Shown here piece by piece: positions 49,960 to 58,725 of a stretch of 64,000 nt of DNA (positions within the stretch are counted from its first letter, which is position 1; each line of letters opens with the position of its first letter). Under the pieces are notes generated by a model. That model was not told the origin of the DNA. It was given only the letters and a program-made list of their open reading frames with translations, and did no database searches. The DNA comes from Klebsiella phage fENko-Kae01. The stretch lies in the sequence record OR228459.1, one strand, 5' to 3'. A program made the translations under genes and the position numbers.

Positions 49960-50288
49960 GGAAAGATTTGGAAATGCCTGAAGGTAAACTTGCTGCTCAA
50001 GCTGGACACGCTATGGATCTGCTATGGGATTATATGCGTACTGACGCCAGTGATGAAGAAATTGAAGAGTTTGATAAATGGCATGATTCAGGTCGTCGTA
50101 AAATTATCTTGCGTTTAAAAGACGAAAGTGATATGATTAAGATTAATAATAAACTCATCGAAGAAGGGTTTAAACCGCATTTAATCTACGACTACGGAAT
50201 CAACTTCTTTGATGGTTTGACATTCACTGGTTTAGTACTACTCAGTACTAAAGAAGTTAAAACTTTAAAACGTGTGAGGGTTTACTAA
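49842..50288 (+). CDS. peptidyl-tRNA hydrolase, Pth2 (archaeal/eukaryotic-type) family
   Basis: KAYILLRKDLEMPEGKLAAQAGHAM mirrors Pth2 K.VLVVR.DL.MGKGK.AAQ..HA; alternative start ATG 49899. Confidence 0.6.
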   Translation: MGERTLPERTGTTKEELERMASQIKSNPEEIIGKAYILLRKDLEMPEGKLAAQAGHAMDLLWDYMRTDASDEEIEEFDKWHDSGRRKIILRLKDESDMIKINNKLIEEGFKPHLIYDYGINFFDGLTFTGLVLLSTKEVKTLKRVRVY

Positions 50289-50662
50289 TGAGACTTGAAC
50301 GTCATGGCGGTTTTTTTATTGGGTTTCTTTTAGCAATTTGGGTAGTTGGTAACTTGGCACATTATGCAATTGATGTATTAGCACCAAATGAGGAATTGGT
50401 TAAAAAAGCTGAACGTGAAAACAAACAGTTTGAAACATTACGTAATGATAGTGGTTTGTACGCTGAAGTACTAGAGCTAATCAAAACATGTAATGTTAAT
50501 GTTGAAGAAAAGACTGGTAATAAATTTTATATTTGTCCTAATGGTGAAAAAATTACCCAAATTAATTGGGAACGCGATCAAAAGACACGTGTCGGTGTAG
50601 TAACACGCTATTATGATAATAAAGGTAATTTACGTTTAATATACGGGCATCCAGACGATTAA
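50288..50662 (+). CDS. hypothetical membrane-anchored protein
   Basis: 124 aa, N-terminal TM helix. Confidence 0.45.
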   Translation: MRLERHGGFFIGFLLAIWVVGNLAHYAIDVLAPNEELVKKAERENKQFETLRNDSGLYAEVLELIKTCNVNVEEKTGNKFYICPNGEKITQINWERDQKTRVGVVTRYYDNKGNLRLIYGHPDD

Positions 50663-50671
50663 GGATAACAT

Positions 50672-50965
50672 ATGTTTAAAGAAATTAAACACAACACAAA
50701 AGAACACATTAGTGAAAATTTACTATATCATCCAGCAGAAGTTATGGTCAAAACTACATCTGGTTATAAAGTACTACCACTATATGTACGGGAAAGCAAT
50801 GGACATGTTTACGCAAAGAATGGTCAATTTTACATTGCACTTATGAAGCAAAGCATCACAAGCAACTCAAAAATTACATGGGTTGAGCTAGATGGGCTTG
50901 ACGAAGTGTATGAAAAATGTTATCTTGTATATAAATCTGACAAAGGCGAAGCAGTTAAGGAGTGA
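50672..50965 (+). CDS. hypothetical protein
   Basis: 97 aa. Confidence 0.45.
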   Translation: MFKEIKHNTKEHISENLLYHPAEVMVKTTSGYKVLPLYVRESNGHVYAKNGQFYIALMKQSITSNSKITWVELDGLDEVYEKCYLVYKSDKGEAVKE

Positions 50966-51156
50966 GTATGAAAAAGATTCAAAGTACTGAAAAGTACACG
51001 CTAAATTGCAATGAGCTTGATGAATTACTTCGTGAAAAACACTTTACAGACCTAGCACCAAATGCTAAAATAACCATCGAACCGGAATATGATTCGTATT
51101 ATGATGCTAATGTTTTCCGTGGCCTTAAAATCACAGTAGTAACCGAAGGAGAGTAA
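50962..51156 (+). CDS. hypothetical small protein
   Basis: 64 aa. Confidence 0.4.
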   Translation: MSMKKIQSTEKYTLNCNELDELLREKHFTDLAPNAKITIEPEYDSYYDANVFRGLKITVVTEGE

Positions 51157-51158
51157 TA

Positions 51159-51410
51159 GTGGCTAACGTTGTTCGTGCTCGTAAAATGATAAGTGGTGAT
51201 GATCTTCGTATTCTTAACAATTATCGTGCCATCTTCCAGAAACTTTGTGCTGGTGTTCATATGACAATTGTTACTGATACGGCACAAGAACCTGAAGCAG
51301 TGTTTGGTAACTATGCTAAAGTGTTCAATATGTATATCAAGCGTGGACAACTTGACCTTATTACAATTGCTGAAGCACCAGACGATTTAGAAAACTTTTT
51401 CTTCCTGTGA
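51159..51410 (+). CDS. hypothetical protein (GTG start)
   Basis: 83 aa; GGAG RBS 8 nt upstream of GTG. Confidence 0.4.
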   Translation: MANVVRARKMISGDDLRILNNYRAIFQKLCAGVHMTIVTDTAQEPEAVFGNYAKVFNMYIKRGQLDLITIAEAPDDLENFFFL

Positions 51411-51475
51411 GGATATTATGAAAGAACCGTTAGACCGTGATGACGATTTCCTTGATGAACGTTATGGAGAAGATG

Positions 51476-51964
51476 ATGAGTAAATTACTAACCTTACCGG
51501 AAGTTCTGAAAGAATTTAATAATTACTTAGATTCTAACCCATCATTTGAAAAACATTCAAATGGTAACATTTCTGCTTTTTTGAAAAATAGTTCCATTTT
51601 TAAAGGATATGATGATATAGTTGAAGTGTTTGGGTGTGACAGATATATGCGTATTAAATTACGTAATCCAGAAATTCTAGTAGAATATCAATTAGATATG
51701 ATGCCTTGGAGTAATGGATTTAATTTTAAATGTTGGCACGATGGTTCTGATAGTGAATGTCCGTGGACACCAAAAACCAATCCAAATCGTTCGTCCTTCT
51801 ATATTGAAACGGAAGAAGAATACTTTCAATTGAGTACCTTAAAAAATCTCAAAGATTTAACATTGGAAACTATTACTTCAGTTAAAAAGTTACAAGATCG
51901 GTTATTTGAATATTACAACATTGTACCTGATACCACAATTTATGGAGACAGTAATGGAAAATAA
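51476..51964 (+). CDS. hypothetical protein
   Basis: ATG 51476 with GGAGA RBS preferred over ORF-track start 51437. Confidence 0.45.
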   Translation: MSKLLTLPEVLKEFNNYLDSNPSFEKHSNGNISAFLKNSSIFKGYDDIVEVFGCDRYMRIKLRNPEILVEYQLDMMPWSNGFNFKCWHDGSDSECPWTPKTNPNRSSFYIETEEEYFQLSTLKNLKDLTLETITSVKKLQDRLFEYYNIVPDTTIYGDSNGK

Positions 51965-52337
51965 ACCGGAGTGGTTAAAAAAGGCACTGGAATATATTGA
52001 TAGTTTAAGTCCAGAAGAACTTTATGAAAGTGTATATGGATTTAAAAAAGATGACTTTGAACAGTACTGTACGGATAAAACCTATGAGTTTGAAGCACAG
52101 TATGTGATAGATGCCATGAATAAACTTGGTGTTAAAGAAATTAATATTTATAATGGTGATATTCAGCCACCAAGTAACATGTTTTTCCATTACCTACGTG
52201 AGTTTGCTGAAAGTGGAACTGATTTGGAGTTCTGGAATGGTTGGGGTGCTGATACGCTAGATGTTCCCGGCTTCAACCTACGTTACCTTTGGGTCAATGG
52301 ACAAGGTACAGAGCATTTCTTTCAGATAATTGAATAG
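51906..52337 (+). CDS. hypothetical protein
   Basis: 143 aa. Confidence 0.45.
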   Translation: MNITTLYLIPQFMETVMENKPEWLKKALEYIDSLSPEELYESVYGFKKDDFEQYCTDKTYEFEAQYVIDAMNKLGVKEINIYNGDIQPPSNMFFHYLREFAESGTDLEFWNGWGADTLDVPGFNLRYLWVNGQGTEHFFQIIE

Positions 52338-52345
52338 GGGTTGAT

Positions 52346-52705
52346 ATGGAACTACACGATGAACATGTTATCGCTTATAGTATTGAAAAATTAAAACAAA
52401 TGTTTGGTGGTAAAACCCCATATGAACACAAACAGGATTCACTCTTTCGTCAATCTAAAGCGGAGAAAGAATTTTGGGATACCGAACCGACTGTAGGTGA
52501 ACGTGTTCATTTCCGTAGTAAGAGTGTAGTGAATGATAGTGTATTTGAAGGGTATGGGGAAGTACTAAGTATTATTGTAAAAGACTATTTCACTCATTAT
52601 GCACTTTATAGAATTAAAGCAGATCATGGTATGAATTATGAAGCGTACTTAAATGATCCAAATGACGTAGAACCAAAGGAGTTTATTAAACATGCCGAAA
52701 AATAA
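52346..52705 (+). CDS. hypothetical protein
   Basis: 119 aa; GGGG RBS. Confidence 0.45.
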   Translation: MELHDEHVIAYSIEKLKQMFGGKTPYEHKQDSLFRQSKAEKEFWDTEPTVGERVHFRSKSVVNDSVFEGYGEVLSIIVKDYFTHYALYRIKADHGMNYEAYLNDPNDVEPKEFIKHAEK

Positions 52706-52901
52706 TGTATATTTTGTAGGGTACAACACTCTTAATAAAGAAGTGTTTAAAGAAACCATGAATACATATCGTGCAGATACCGAAGATGCCATGCAAAAAG
52801 AATTTGGTTCAGATTGGAAAGAAGTACGTCCGTATCTAATTATTACAAAATGCAAGGTGGTAGTTGATGAGCAAAGTGAAGATAAAGGGAACAGTAACTG
52901 A
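52692..52901 (+). CDS. hypothetical small protein
   Basis: 69 aa. Confidence 0.4.
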   Translation: MPKNNVYFVGYNTLNKEVFKETMNTYRADTEDAMQKEFGSDWKEVRPYLIITKCKVVVDEQSEDKGNSN

Positions 52902-53199
52902 AGTTAAACCAGTAGAAATTGATATTTATATTGGAGAATTAGTTAAATCTGCTATTCCTCATATGACAATTGAAGATGTAGAAAAAGTATTACGCATCTT
53001 AGTTGAACAAAAATTTCGTGAAAATGATCCTACGATCCCAAAAGATGCAGAAATGAATCTTTATTTTAAATTGTGGGAAAAATATAGCTTCACCGATTAT
53101 CATAAGAATGAAGATGTATATTCCACTGTTCGTAAATTTAACGAAGAAGAATTGCAGTACTTGATTGCTATTGAAGCTGTAATGTCTGTATTCAAATAA
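52867..53199 (+). CDS. hypothetical protein
   Basis: ATG 52867 (ORF-track start 52864 is TTG). Confidence 0.4.
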   Translation: MSKVKIKGTVTEVKPVEIDIYIGELVKSAIPHMTIEDVEKVLRILVEQKFRENDPTIPKDAEMNLYFKLWEKYSFTDYHKNEDVYSTVRKFNEEELQYLIAIEAVMSVFK

Positions 53200-53221
53200 T
53201 GCCGCTATGCGGCATTTTTCT
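53199..53221 (+). terminator. intrinsic terminator
   Basis: ATGCCGC-TAT-GCGGCAT then TTTTC. Confidence 0.6.
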
Positions 53222-53251
53222 TGGGACAAAATCAGGTTCATGTGATATAAT
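53221..53251 (+). promoter_or_regulatory. conserved promoter class
   Basis: TTGGGACAAA-N10-TGTGATATAATATAATTA. Confidence 0.6.
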
Positions 53252-53260
53252 ATAATTATC

Positions 53261-53345
53261 GGGGCGTATCTCAACGAGCTTCTAACTCGTCTTTAATCGA
53301 GTAACTGGAGTATGCGGGTTCGAGTCCTGCCGCCATCGCCCAGCC
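53261..53345 (+). other. tRNA-like element (degenerate or atypical tRNA) with UCU-type anticodon-arm hairpin and canonical T-arm
   Basis: T-arm GCGGG-TTCGAGT-CCTGC; hairpin ACGAG-CTTCTAA-CTCGT (Arg-UCU-like) competes with ACTCG-TCTTTAAT-CGAGT; no 7-bp acceptor stem could be built. Confidence 0.3.
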
Positions 53346-53362
53346 AAACCGGTACTGAAGCC

Positions 53363-53605
53363 ATGCAAATAAAACGTGAACAAACGAATTTTGATGATGA
53401 TAAGTTTAAGCTCGTGAAAATATCATTATCTCATGATAATGATGTACTTGACAGGCGTGGTATGTGTGCTACAATGTACCCACTTTACGAGAAGTGTATT
53501 ACATTAAAACTAAACTCAGCAGGTCTAGGATTTACACTTAATGTTGATGAAGCCAATGACTTATTGACATTATTAACTACTGCCCTTAACGAATTCAAGG
53601 AGTAA
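53363..53605 (+). CDS. hypothetical protein
   Basis: ORF-track start 53312 overlaps the tRNA-like element; internal ATG 53363 preferred; weak RBS. Confidence 0.35.
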   Translation: MQIKREQTNFDDDKFKLVKISLSHDNDVLDRRGMCATMYPLYEKCITLKLNSAGLGFTLNVDEANDLLTLLTTALNEFKE

Positions 53606-53608
53606 CCT

Positions 53609-53770
53609 ATGTTTAAACGTGTCCTAAAATCTTTTATCACCCCATTCGAAGAAGCACTGAAAGCATGGGATGTTCGTACTGAACAGTCCATCAAAGCTGG
53701 TGGTACTACTCCGGTATATGATCGTTATGACCCTGCTCACGGTCTTCATTCGGAGTCTAACCGTGACTAA
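53609..53770 (+). CDS. hypothetical small protein (53 aa)
   Basis: strong AAGGAG RBS; overlaps the 53670-53960 ORF in another frame. Confidence 0.4.
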   Translation: MFKRVLKSFITPFEEALKAWDVRTEQSIKAGGTTPVYDRYDPAHGLHSESNRD

Positions 53771-53960
53771 GGCTGAACTTATTGCACAACTAGAAGACTA
53801 TCCCGATGATGCAATAATGGAAGTGGTTCAATGTGGGGAACACTATGACATTACGTGCGTTGTACCATATGATGATCATGGTGTTCCAATTCTTGAATTG
53901 GGTATCTATAAACCCAAAACAGTACCGGAATCAACAAAGAGGACAAATAATGTCAATTAA
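53670..53960 (+). CDS. hypothetical protein, possibly the 3' part of a frameshifted gene
   Basis: 96-aa ORF in the +1 frame relative to 53609-53770; acidic C-terminal domain. Confidence 0.3.
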   Translation: MFVLNSPSKLVVLLRYMIVMTLLTVFIRSLTVTKAELIAQLEDYPDDAIMEVVQCGEHYDITCVVPYDDHGVPILELGIYKPKTVPESTKRTNNVN

Positions 53961-54090
53961 GATTGATCCAGAAACTGATAAAGCAGTAGACCCGCAAAGC
54001 ATTGGGAAGGATATGTCTAAACGTGCTATTCTTGCAGTAATTGCGGTATGTGTTTTTGTGGCTGTTTGGAAATTTATGAAATATATGTAA
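53950..54090 (+). CDS. hypothetical small membrane protein (46 aa)
   Basis: AAGAGGA RBS; C-terminal TM helix. Confidence 0.35.
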   Translation: MSIKIDPETDKAVDPQSIGKDMSKRAILAVIAVCVFVAVWKFMKYM

Positions 54091-54096
54091 TTATGC

Positions 54097-54125
54097 TTGA
54101 CAAGCATCCCTATTTCTAGTATTAT
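54097..54125 (+). promoter_or_regulatory. sigma70-type promoter
   Basis: TTGACA-17-TATTAT within palindrome GCTTGACAAGC. Confidence 0.55.
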
Positions 54126-54154
54126 ACTCACATACACAAAAATGAGGTAATCAT

Positions 54155-54367
54155 ATGAAAGCTCAGATTCTATTTTCCATCGATGATGTTACTGGACAAA
54201 ACAATAACGTTAATAAAAATATAATCAATCATTTTTACAAAAATGCTGCTGGTATCGAAATGCGTACAAAAGTTGTAGTAAAGGACAATGTTATTAAACG
54301 TCTTCGTCCACGTGGAAAAGCATATTTCAATATGTGGATTACTCAGGTTGACAAACACGGTCTTTAA
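54155..54367 (+). CDS. hypothetical small protein
   Basis: 70 aa; GAGG RBS. Confidence 0.4.
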   Translation: MKAQILFSIDDVTGQNNNVNKNIINHFYKNAAGIEMRTKVVVKDNVIKRLRPRGKAYFNMWITQVDKHGL

Positions 54368-54402
54368 TGGTATTATACTCTCATCTTGTGATGAGAGTTT
54401 TT
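54347..54402 (+). promoter_or_regulatory. sigma70-type promoter followed by leader hairpin plus U-tract
   Basis: TTGACA-17-TATTAT (same TATTATACTC -10 as 54097); CTCTCATC-TTGT-GATGAGAG then TTTTT at the predicted transcript 5' end. Confidence 0.5.
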
Positions 54403-54415
54403 AAGAGGAAATATA

Positions 54416-54598
54416 ATGAAACGTTACACTCCATTCTTGGAACTTTGTGATTATACTGGTGAACCTGATGCTAGTATGAAAGTACATCCTTTTGGGGATT
54501 GGGTGCGTTATGAGGGTCATCAACAGACAGTACTAGATCTTCAAAAAGCACAAGAACGTATCAAAGAATTGGAAGCTAAATTACAGGAGCATAAATAA
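54416..54598 (+). CDS. hypothetical small protein
   Basis: 60 aa; GAGGAAA RBS. Confidence 0.4.
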   Translation: MKRYTPFLELCDYTGEPDASMKVHPFGDWVRYEGHQQTVLDLQKAQERIKELEAKLQEHK

Positions 54599-54753
54599 TG
54601 GGTCTGGTATATTTCAGAGTACAATATTCGGTTGACGGCGAAATGCGTGATGAACGTATTGCTGGTATGAATAAATATGATGTAGCTGCAAATCTAGGTT
54701 CTAAGTACTACAAAGGTAACGAACTGGTAATTTTCAATATCCAGCTAGCATAA
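54598..54753 (+). CDS. hypothetical small protein (51 aa)
   Basis: ATAATGG overlap with upstream gene. Confidence 0.3.
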   Translation: MGLVYFRVQYSVDGEMRDERIAGMNKYDVAANLGSKYYKGNELVIFNIQLA

Positions 54754-54763
54754 ATAACAAATA

Positions 54764-54839
54764 GGGCCAGTAGCTCACGTGCGGTTAGAGCAGACCCCTC
54801 ATAAGGGTAAGGTACGGTGTTCGACTCACCGCTGGCTCA
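54764..54839 (+). tRNA. tRNA with CAU anticodon (Met, or Ile2 if lysidinylated)
   Basis: acceptor GGGCCAG/CTGGCTC, D-arm GCTC...GAGC, anticodon arm ACCC-CTCATAA-GGGT, T-arm CGGTG-TTCGACT-CACCG; CCA not encoded. Confidence 0.75.
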
Positions 54840-54874
54840 CTACATAACATTATATACAATTTGAAGAATCAATA

Positions 54875-54903
54875 AGGAAAGCAATTGCTTTCCTTTTCTT
54901 TTA
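54875..54903 (+). terminator. intrinsic terminator
   Basis: AGGAAAGC-AATT-GCTTTCCT then TTTCTTTT. Confidence 0.65.
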
Positions 54904-54919
54904 ACTATGGAAAACTACA

Positions 54920-55321
54920 ATGCGAAAGAATGCACTAATCAAAATGCTACAAGAGATTGAAGGTAATCCAGAGATCGTTATCTGGAATGGTTATGTAGAT
55001 GATTACATGAACATCGATAAAGAAACCTTCAAAATCACTTTAGTGAAAGAAACGGAAGAATTTATATTCAATGCTCTCAAGTATGAATGGTGTCAAATGA
55101 ATAATACATTTGATGTACCAGAAGAACAGTTAGCGAAGATTGCTGAACGTGCTAAAGAAGTACACAAAAAACGGGAGTATGATTTCGCCAATCCACATGT
55201 AACACCTGAAGAGTACGAACAATGGTACGGTAAAAAGACCTTGACAAAATATGTTATTTCCCCTAAACTACGTGGTAAAACATCATTAGGTGTATTCAAC
55301 GCCGCTGACTTAGAATACTAA
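54920..55321 (+). CDS. hypothetical protein
   Basis: 133 aa. Confidence 0.45.
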   Translation: MRKNALIKMLQEIEGNPEIVIWNGYVDDYMNIDKETFKITLVKETEEFIFNALKYEWCQMNNTFDVPEEQLAKIAERAKEVHKKREYDFANPHVTPEEYEQWYGKKTLTKYVISPKLRGKTSLGVFNAADLEY

Positions 55322-55330
55322 GAGGTTAGA

Positions 55331-55738
55331 ATGAACGAACTGATTGACAATTGGATGAAAAATGTTAAAACTTACCCGCCTTCTGAAATTTTCTATGCTA
55401 AGTATGGCAAAGAAGCAAAGGCTGAAACACGCATTCAGAACATCTGTGAAGACCTTTATCGTTTTTGCTATCCAGAGGGTGAAGTTAACGTTTTATCTGA
55501 ACTAGGAGCTTCCTATCGCGAATTTGAGGTGCTATGCATCATGGGTTTGTCTGAGATTAAGCCTGAACGTGTATTAGAAGTAAGTACTAAATTCTTGAAT
55601 TGTGCAAAAGTTGCCTGTACTGCATTAGAAAAAATGCACAAGAAAGATCAACTACTAAACGAGTACTACAAGTCTTGGAAGGTTAAGTATCAAGATATTA
55701 GTACTGAAGTTTATAAACTAACTAAGGAGTTCCGCTAA
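55331..55738 (+). CDS. hypothetical protein
   Basis: 135 aa; GAGG RBS. Confidence 0.45.
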   Translation: MNELIDNWMKNVKTYPPSEIFYAKYGKEAKAETRIQNICEDLYRFCYPEGEVNVLSELGASYREFEVLCIMGLSEIKPERVLEVSTKFLNCAKVACTALEKMHKKDQLLNEYYKSWKVKYQDISTEVYKLTKEFR

Positions 55739-56283
55739 TGCCTGAACTATTCCGTCCGGGAGCACATATTCCAAAAGGTTATACTGTTTGTATTACATCA
55801 TGGGAAAATGATGGTGATGATTACGACAATAACTTTATTCGTGGTATTCAAACAAAAGAAGAAGTAAATCAATTGCTTCATATCATGACTTGGTTTAGTC
55901 ATCGTGAAGAAGATATGGGTAATGAAGATATTCAACATGAAGAAATCCTAGAACGCTTGCATCAAGGTCACATTGATGGTATCTTTACACCAGAATTTGT
56001 TAATAAACACTTTGATCTAGAACTTCCCGCAGTTGATTGTACTGATGAAGAATTCGATGATTGGTTAGATTCCGTTGTGTCGAATAACGGATACAATGAT
56101 GTTGAAGATTTTATTCATCAAACACTTGGTTATCCAGTACAATACGATTCTGACTTTGCACGTATGGTAGAACGTGTTCATGTTTATTTCTTTGAAGAAG
56201 ATTTGCATATTCCTGATGCACCAAAACCTATTACCACATTTGATGGTGCATATCGTGCTGATAAAGTAGACTGGAAAATGTAA
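55738..56283 (+). CDS. hypothetical acidic protein
   Basis: 181 aa, ATGCCTG overlap. Confidence 0.45.
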   Translation: MPELFRPGAHIPKGYTVCITSWENDGDDYDNNFIRGIQTKEEVNQLLHIMTWFSHREEDMGNEDIQHEEILERLHQGHIDGIFTPEFVNKHFDLELPAVDCTDEEFDDWLDSVVSNNGYNDVEDFIHQTLGYPVQYDSDFARMVERVHVYFFEEDLHIPDAPKPITTFDGAYRADKVDWKM

Positions 56284-56298
56284 TATAGGAGAGCACTC

Positions 56299-56994
56299 AT
56301 GATAAAATATATTAAAGAAAATTTGTATATTCCCGTGGGTGCTCTTTTAGTACTAATGTTATTAACTATAATAATTAATGGGATTTATGCTGGATATGTT
56401 CAGTATAGTGAAAATGAGGATACTACTATGTATGGCTTAATGTATGTTGGTTCTGATGGAGAACGACTATATGTAACTAATACCGGGCGTGGAACAACGT
56501 CTGAGGATATTAGCAACATTGCTGAATTAGCACAGCATAAAACGGCGGTAACTGCTGCTAAAGCATTACTAAAGAATGGTTGGCTTGATGACGATGATGG
56601 TGAACTTTATGTTGTTGAAATTGCTAAAGTGGCAGTGAATATTGAGAAGATGGATAAACCTAAAAAGAAAGAAGGTTTCTTTATTTGCTATGATGTTTAC
56701 GATAACAATGGGAAGTTAGTAACTGAATACTATCGTGGCCCACAAAACCGAGAATATTATTCTAGTAATGAGTTTACTGATTCAATTACCCCAAGTACTG
56801 CTTTCAAAACTGAAAAGAAAGCATTAGCTGCATGGGAACGTATTTTTAAATCCATGAGAGAATCAGAAGGTTATTACAACGATAATATGAAACGTTGGGG
56901 TCGTCCATACAGCAATAACTACAAAGATTACACCGAACGTAATGATCACATAGAAAGAACAGCTAGGATTTTAAACTATGCGTCGTGTAATTAA
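56299..56994 (+). CDS. hypothetical membrane-anchored protein
   Basis: 231 aa; N-terminal TM helix; AGGAGAG RBS. Confidence 0.5.
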   Translation: MIKYIKENLYIPVGALLVLMLLTIIINGIYAGYVQYSENEDTTMYGLMYVGSDGERLYVTNTGRGTTSEDISNIAELAQHKTAVTAAKALLKNGWLDDDDGELYVVEIAKVAVNIEKMDKPKKKEGFFICYDVYDNNGKLVTEYYRGPQNREYYSSNEFTDSITPSTAFKTEKKALAAWERIFKSMRESEGYYNDNMKRWGRPYSNNYKDYTERNDHIERTARILNYASCN

Positions 56995-57193
56995 TTTCTT
57001 GACATTCTGTACTGTATCAATTATAATGATTGCATTAACATTGATAGTTGGTTTTATTCCACTAGCACTATCTTCCTTCTTCGGGTATTCTGAAATAGAG
57101 ATGGTTGCTAGATTGCTGGGATGTGTTTTAGTAATCCCAATGCTCCGATTAACATTTAAAGCAATCGACTATACATTTGATAAAACTCATTAG
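56978..57193 (+). CDS. hypothetical small membrane protein
   Basis: 71 aa, two TM helices. Confidence 0.4.
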   Translation: MRRVINFLTFCTVSIIMIALTLIVGFIPLALSSFFGYSEIEMVARLLGCVLVIPMLRLTFKAIDYTFDKTH

Positions 57194-57201
57194 GAGAACG
57201 T

Positions 57202-57645
57202 ATGCAAAAGGGTGTGTCTATTTTTTACGAATTTCACGATCAAGGCTGTCCACATGTGATAGCTGGTATCTATTCCCCGTACATGAAAACAGAAGAAGAA
57301 ATGCGTACTCAATTGTTGAGTCTCATTGGTCATGACTCTTTTCATGAACGTGATGAACCAATCTTCGTTAATCATACTCATGTATATGCTAAATCTCTAT
57401 TGGGTGAAGAAATGGATAAGGAACTAACTAACTTATTCAATAAGTTCTTCCCACAAGCACTAAATCCTAACGAACTACCAGTATCCCCAATGAAATTCTA
57501 TCATACTGAAGTGGGTGCATATGAGTTCATTTGGAATAATCGTTACAGTACTGAACTACATGAGCACCGTGTTGAATTACAAAGAAAAGCAGCGGAAGAA
57601 TATCGCCGGAAACGGGCAGAACGTAAACGCCAAGAAGGTGAATAA
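57202..57645 (+). CDS. hypothetical protein
   Basis: 147 aa; AGGAGAA RBS. Confidence 0.5.
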   Translation: MQKGVSIFYEFHDQGCPHVIAGIYSPYMKTEEEMRTQLLSLIGHDSFHERDEPIFVNHTHVYAKSLLGEEMDKELTNLFNKFFPQALNPNELPVSPMKFYHTEVGAYEFIWNNRYSTELHEHRVELQRKAAEEYRRKRAERKRQEGE

Positions 57646-58463
57646 TGTTAGAAGAACATATTATCAAACGAATACAAATCAGTATCAATAATTCTGAACG
57701 TGAAGTACAACGCATGATTAATCATGCGTTGGAACGGTCTAAGTACATTTTAGTATTTCCGGTATCTTCGAATGAAGAGGAAGATGATCCGGTATACGAT
57801 AGTGTCTATGTGAGTTTCGATATTGATAATGAGAAAGTACCTAAATTTGTTCCTAAACATAGACCAAATGATATTTGGCATTATGAACTAAACGATAATT
57901 GTACTTTTGATATGGATTGGTGTGATATTGCTGTACACATGCAAGGTTCAGTATGGATTGAAAGTTCTCGTATTAAAAAACCAGAACTGGAACATGTTCC
58001 ATTCACAGTACTTGATGATATACCAGTACTCAAACGTGGAGATAATTCCCTATTTGCATCAACTATTATGACATACTTACGGATGTATGATAATGAATCT
58101 TATGAGATGGAAGAAACTATTTGTAATTATCTAGATTCACTACCTCCAGAAGATATGAGTATTGATAATGTGTACATTGATGTCACTGATGATGATATTC
58201 CATATGGTCGCATTAGCAGTGTAATTCGTGTAAATGGAGAAACAATAGGGTATATGTCTCAGAGAGGTCGTGAATTACTTGATGTAAGAATTTATGCTTA
58301 CGACAACAAAAAATGCGTAAAATTCATTGAAGATGTTATTGACAAACTCAAGTTACGTGATAAAATGATATTCGATTCAATCAATGATATTGATCCGAAT
58401 TCTGATGCTGATGAATTTTTACCAGTACCGGGATATACTACAAAAAGACATGAAGGTAATTGA
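57645..58463 (+). CDS. hypothetical protein
   Basis: 272 aa. Confidence 0.45.
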   Translation: MLEEHIIKRIQISINNSEREVQRMINHALERSKYILVFPVSSNEEEDDPVYDSVYVSFDIDNEKVPKFVPKHRPNDIWHYELNDNCTFDMDWCDIAVHMQGSVWIESSRIKKPELEHVPFTVLDDIPVLKRGDNSLFASTIMTYLRMYDNESYEMEETICNYLDSLPPEDMSIDNVYIDVTDDDIPYGRISSVIRVNGETIGYMSQRGRELLDVRIYAYDNKKCVKFIEDVIDKLKLRDKMIFDSINDIDPNSDADEFLPVPGYTTKRHEGN

Positions 58464-58464
58464 C

Positions 58465-58725
58465 ATGAGTAAAATTATTGTGTTACAATGTTTTTCAGAT
58501 AGCGGATTCAGTACTGATCATATTTTTGAGGGAAATGAATTTTCACGCGATCCAGCAGATATGATTCAGTTAATAAGTGAGCAATTTACTTGTACAGAAA
58601 GTAATGGACACCTCCATGTTCTTCATGATACAATAAATTGGTCACCAAAAGTATCTGAAGATGTTATTCATGTACTCCGTAAAAACGGGTATGTACTTCT
58701 TAATCCTAAGAGGGTCATAGTATGA
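58465..58725 (+). CDS. hypothetical protein
   Basis: ATG 58465 with GAAGG RBS preferred over ORF-track start 58384. Confidence 0.4.
   Translation: MSKIIVLQCFSDSGFSTDHIFEGNEFSRDPADMIQLISEQFTCTESNGHLHVLHDTINWSPKVSEDVIHVLRKNGYVLLNPKRVIV

Noticed and set aside
51417-51482. 21-aa acidic mini-ORF (MKEPLDRDDDFLDERYGEDDE) with a good RBS
   Set aside because: Too short to call with confidence and it overlaps the start of 51476-51964; it could be a leader peptide but there is no supporting evidence.
53312-53362. N-terminal extension of ORF 53312-53605
   Set aside because: Overlaps the T-arm of the tRNA-like element and has a GGAG only 1 nt from the ATG; the downstream ATG 53363 was used instead.
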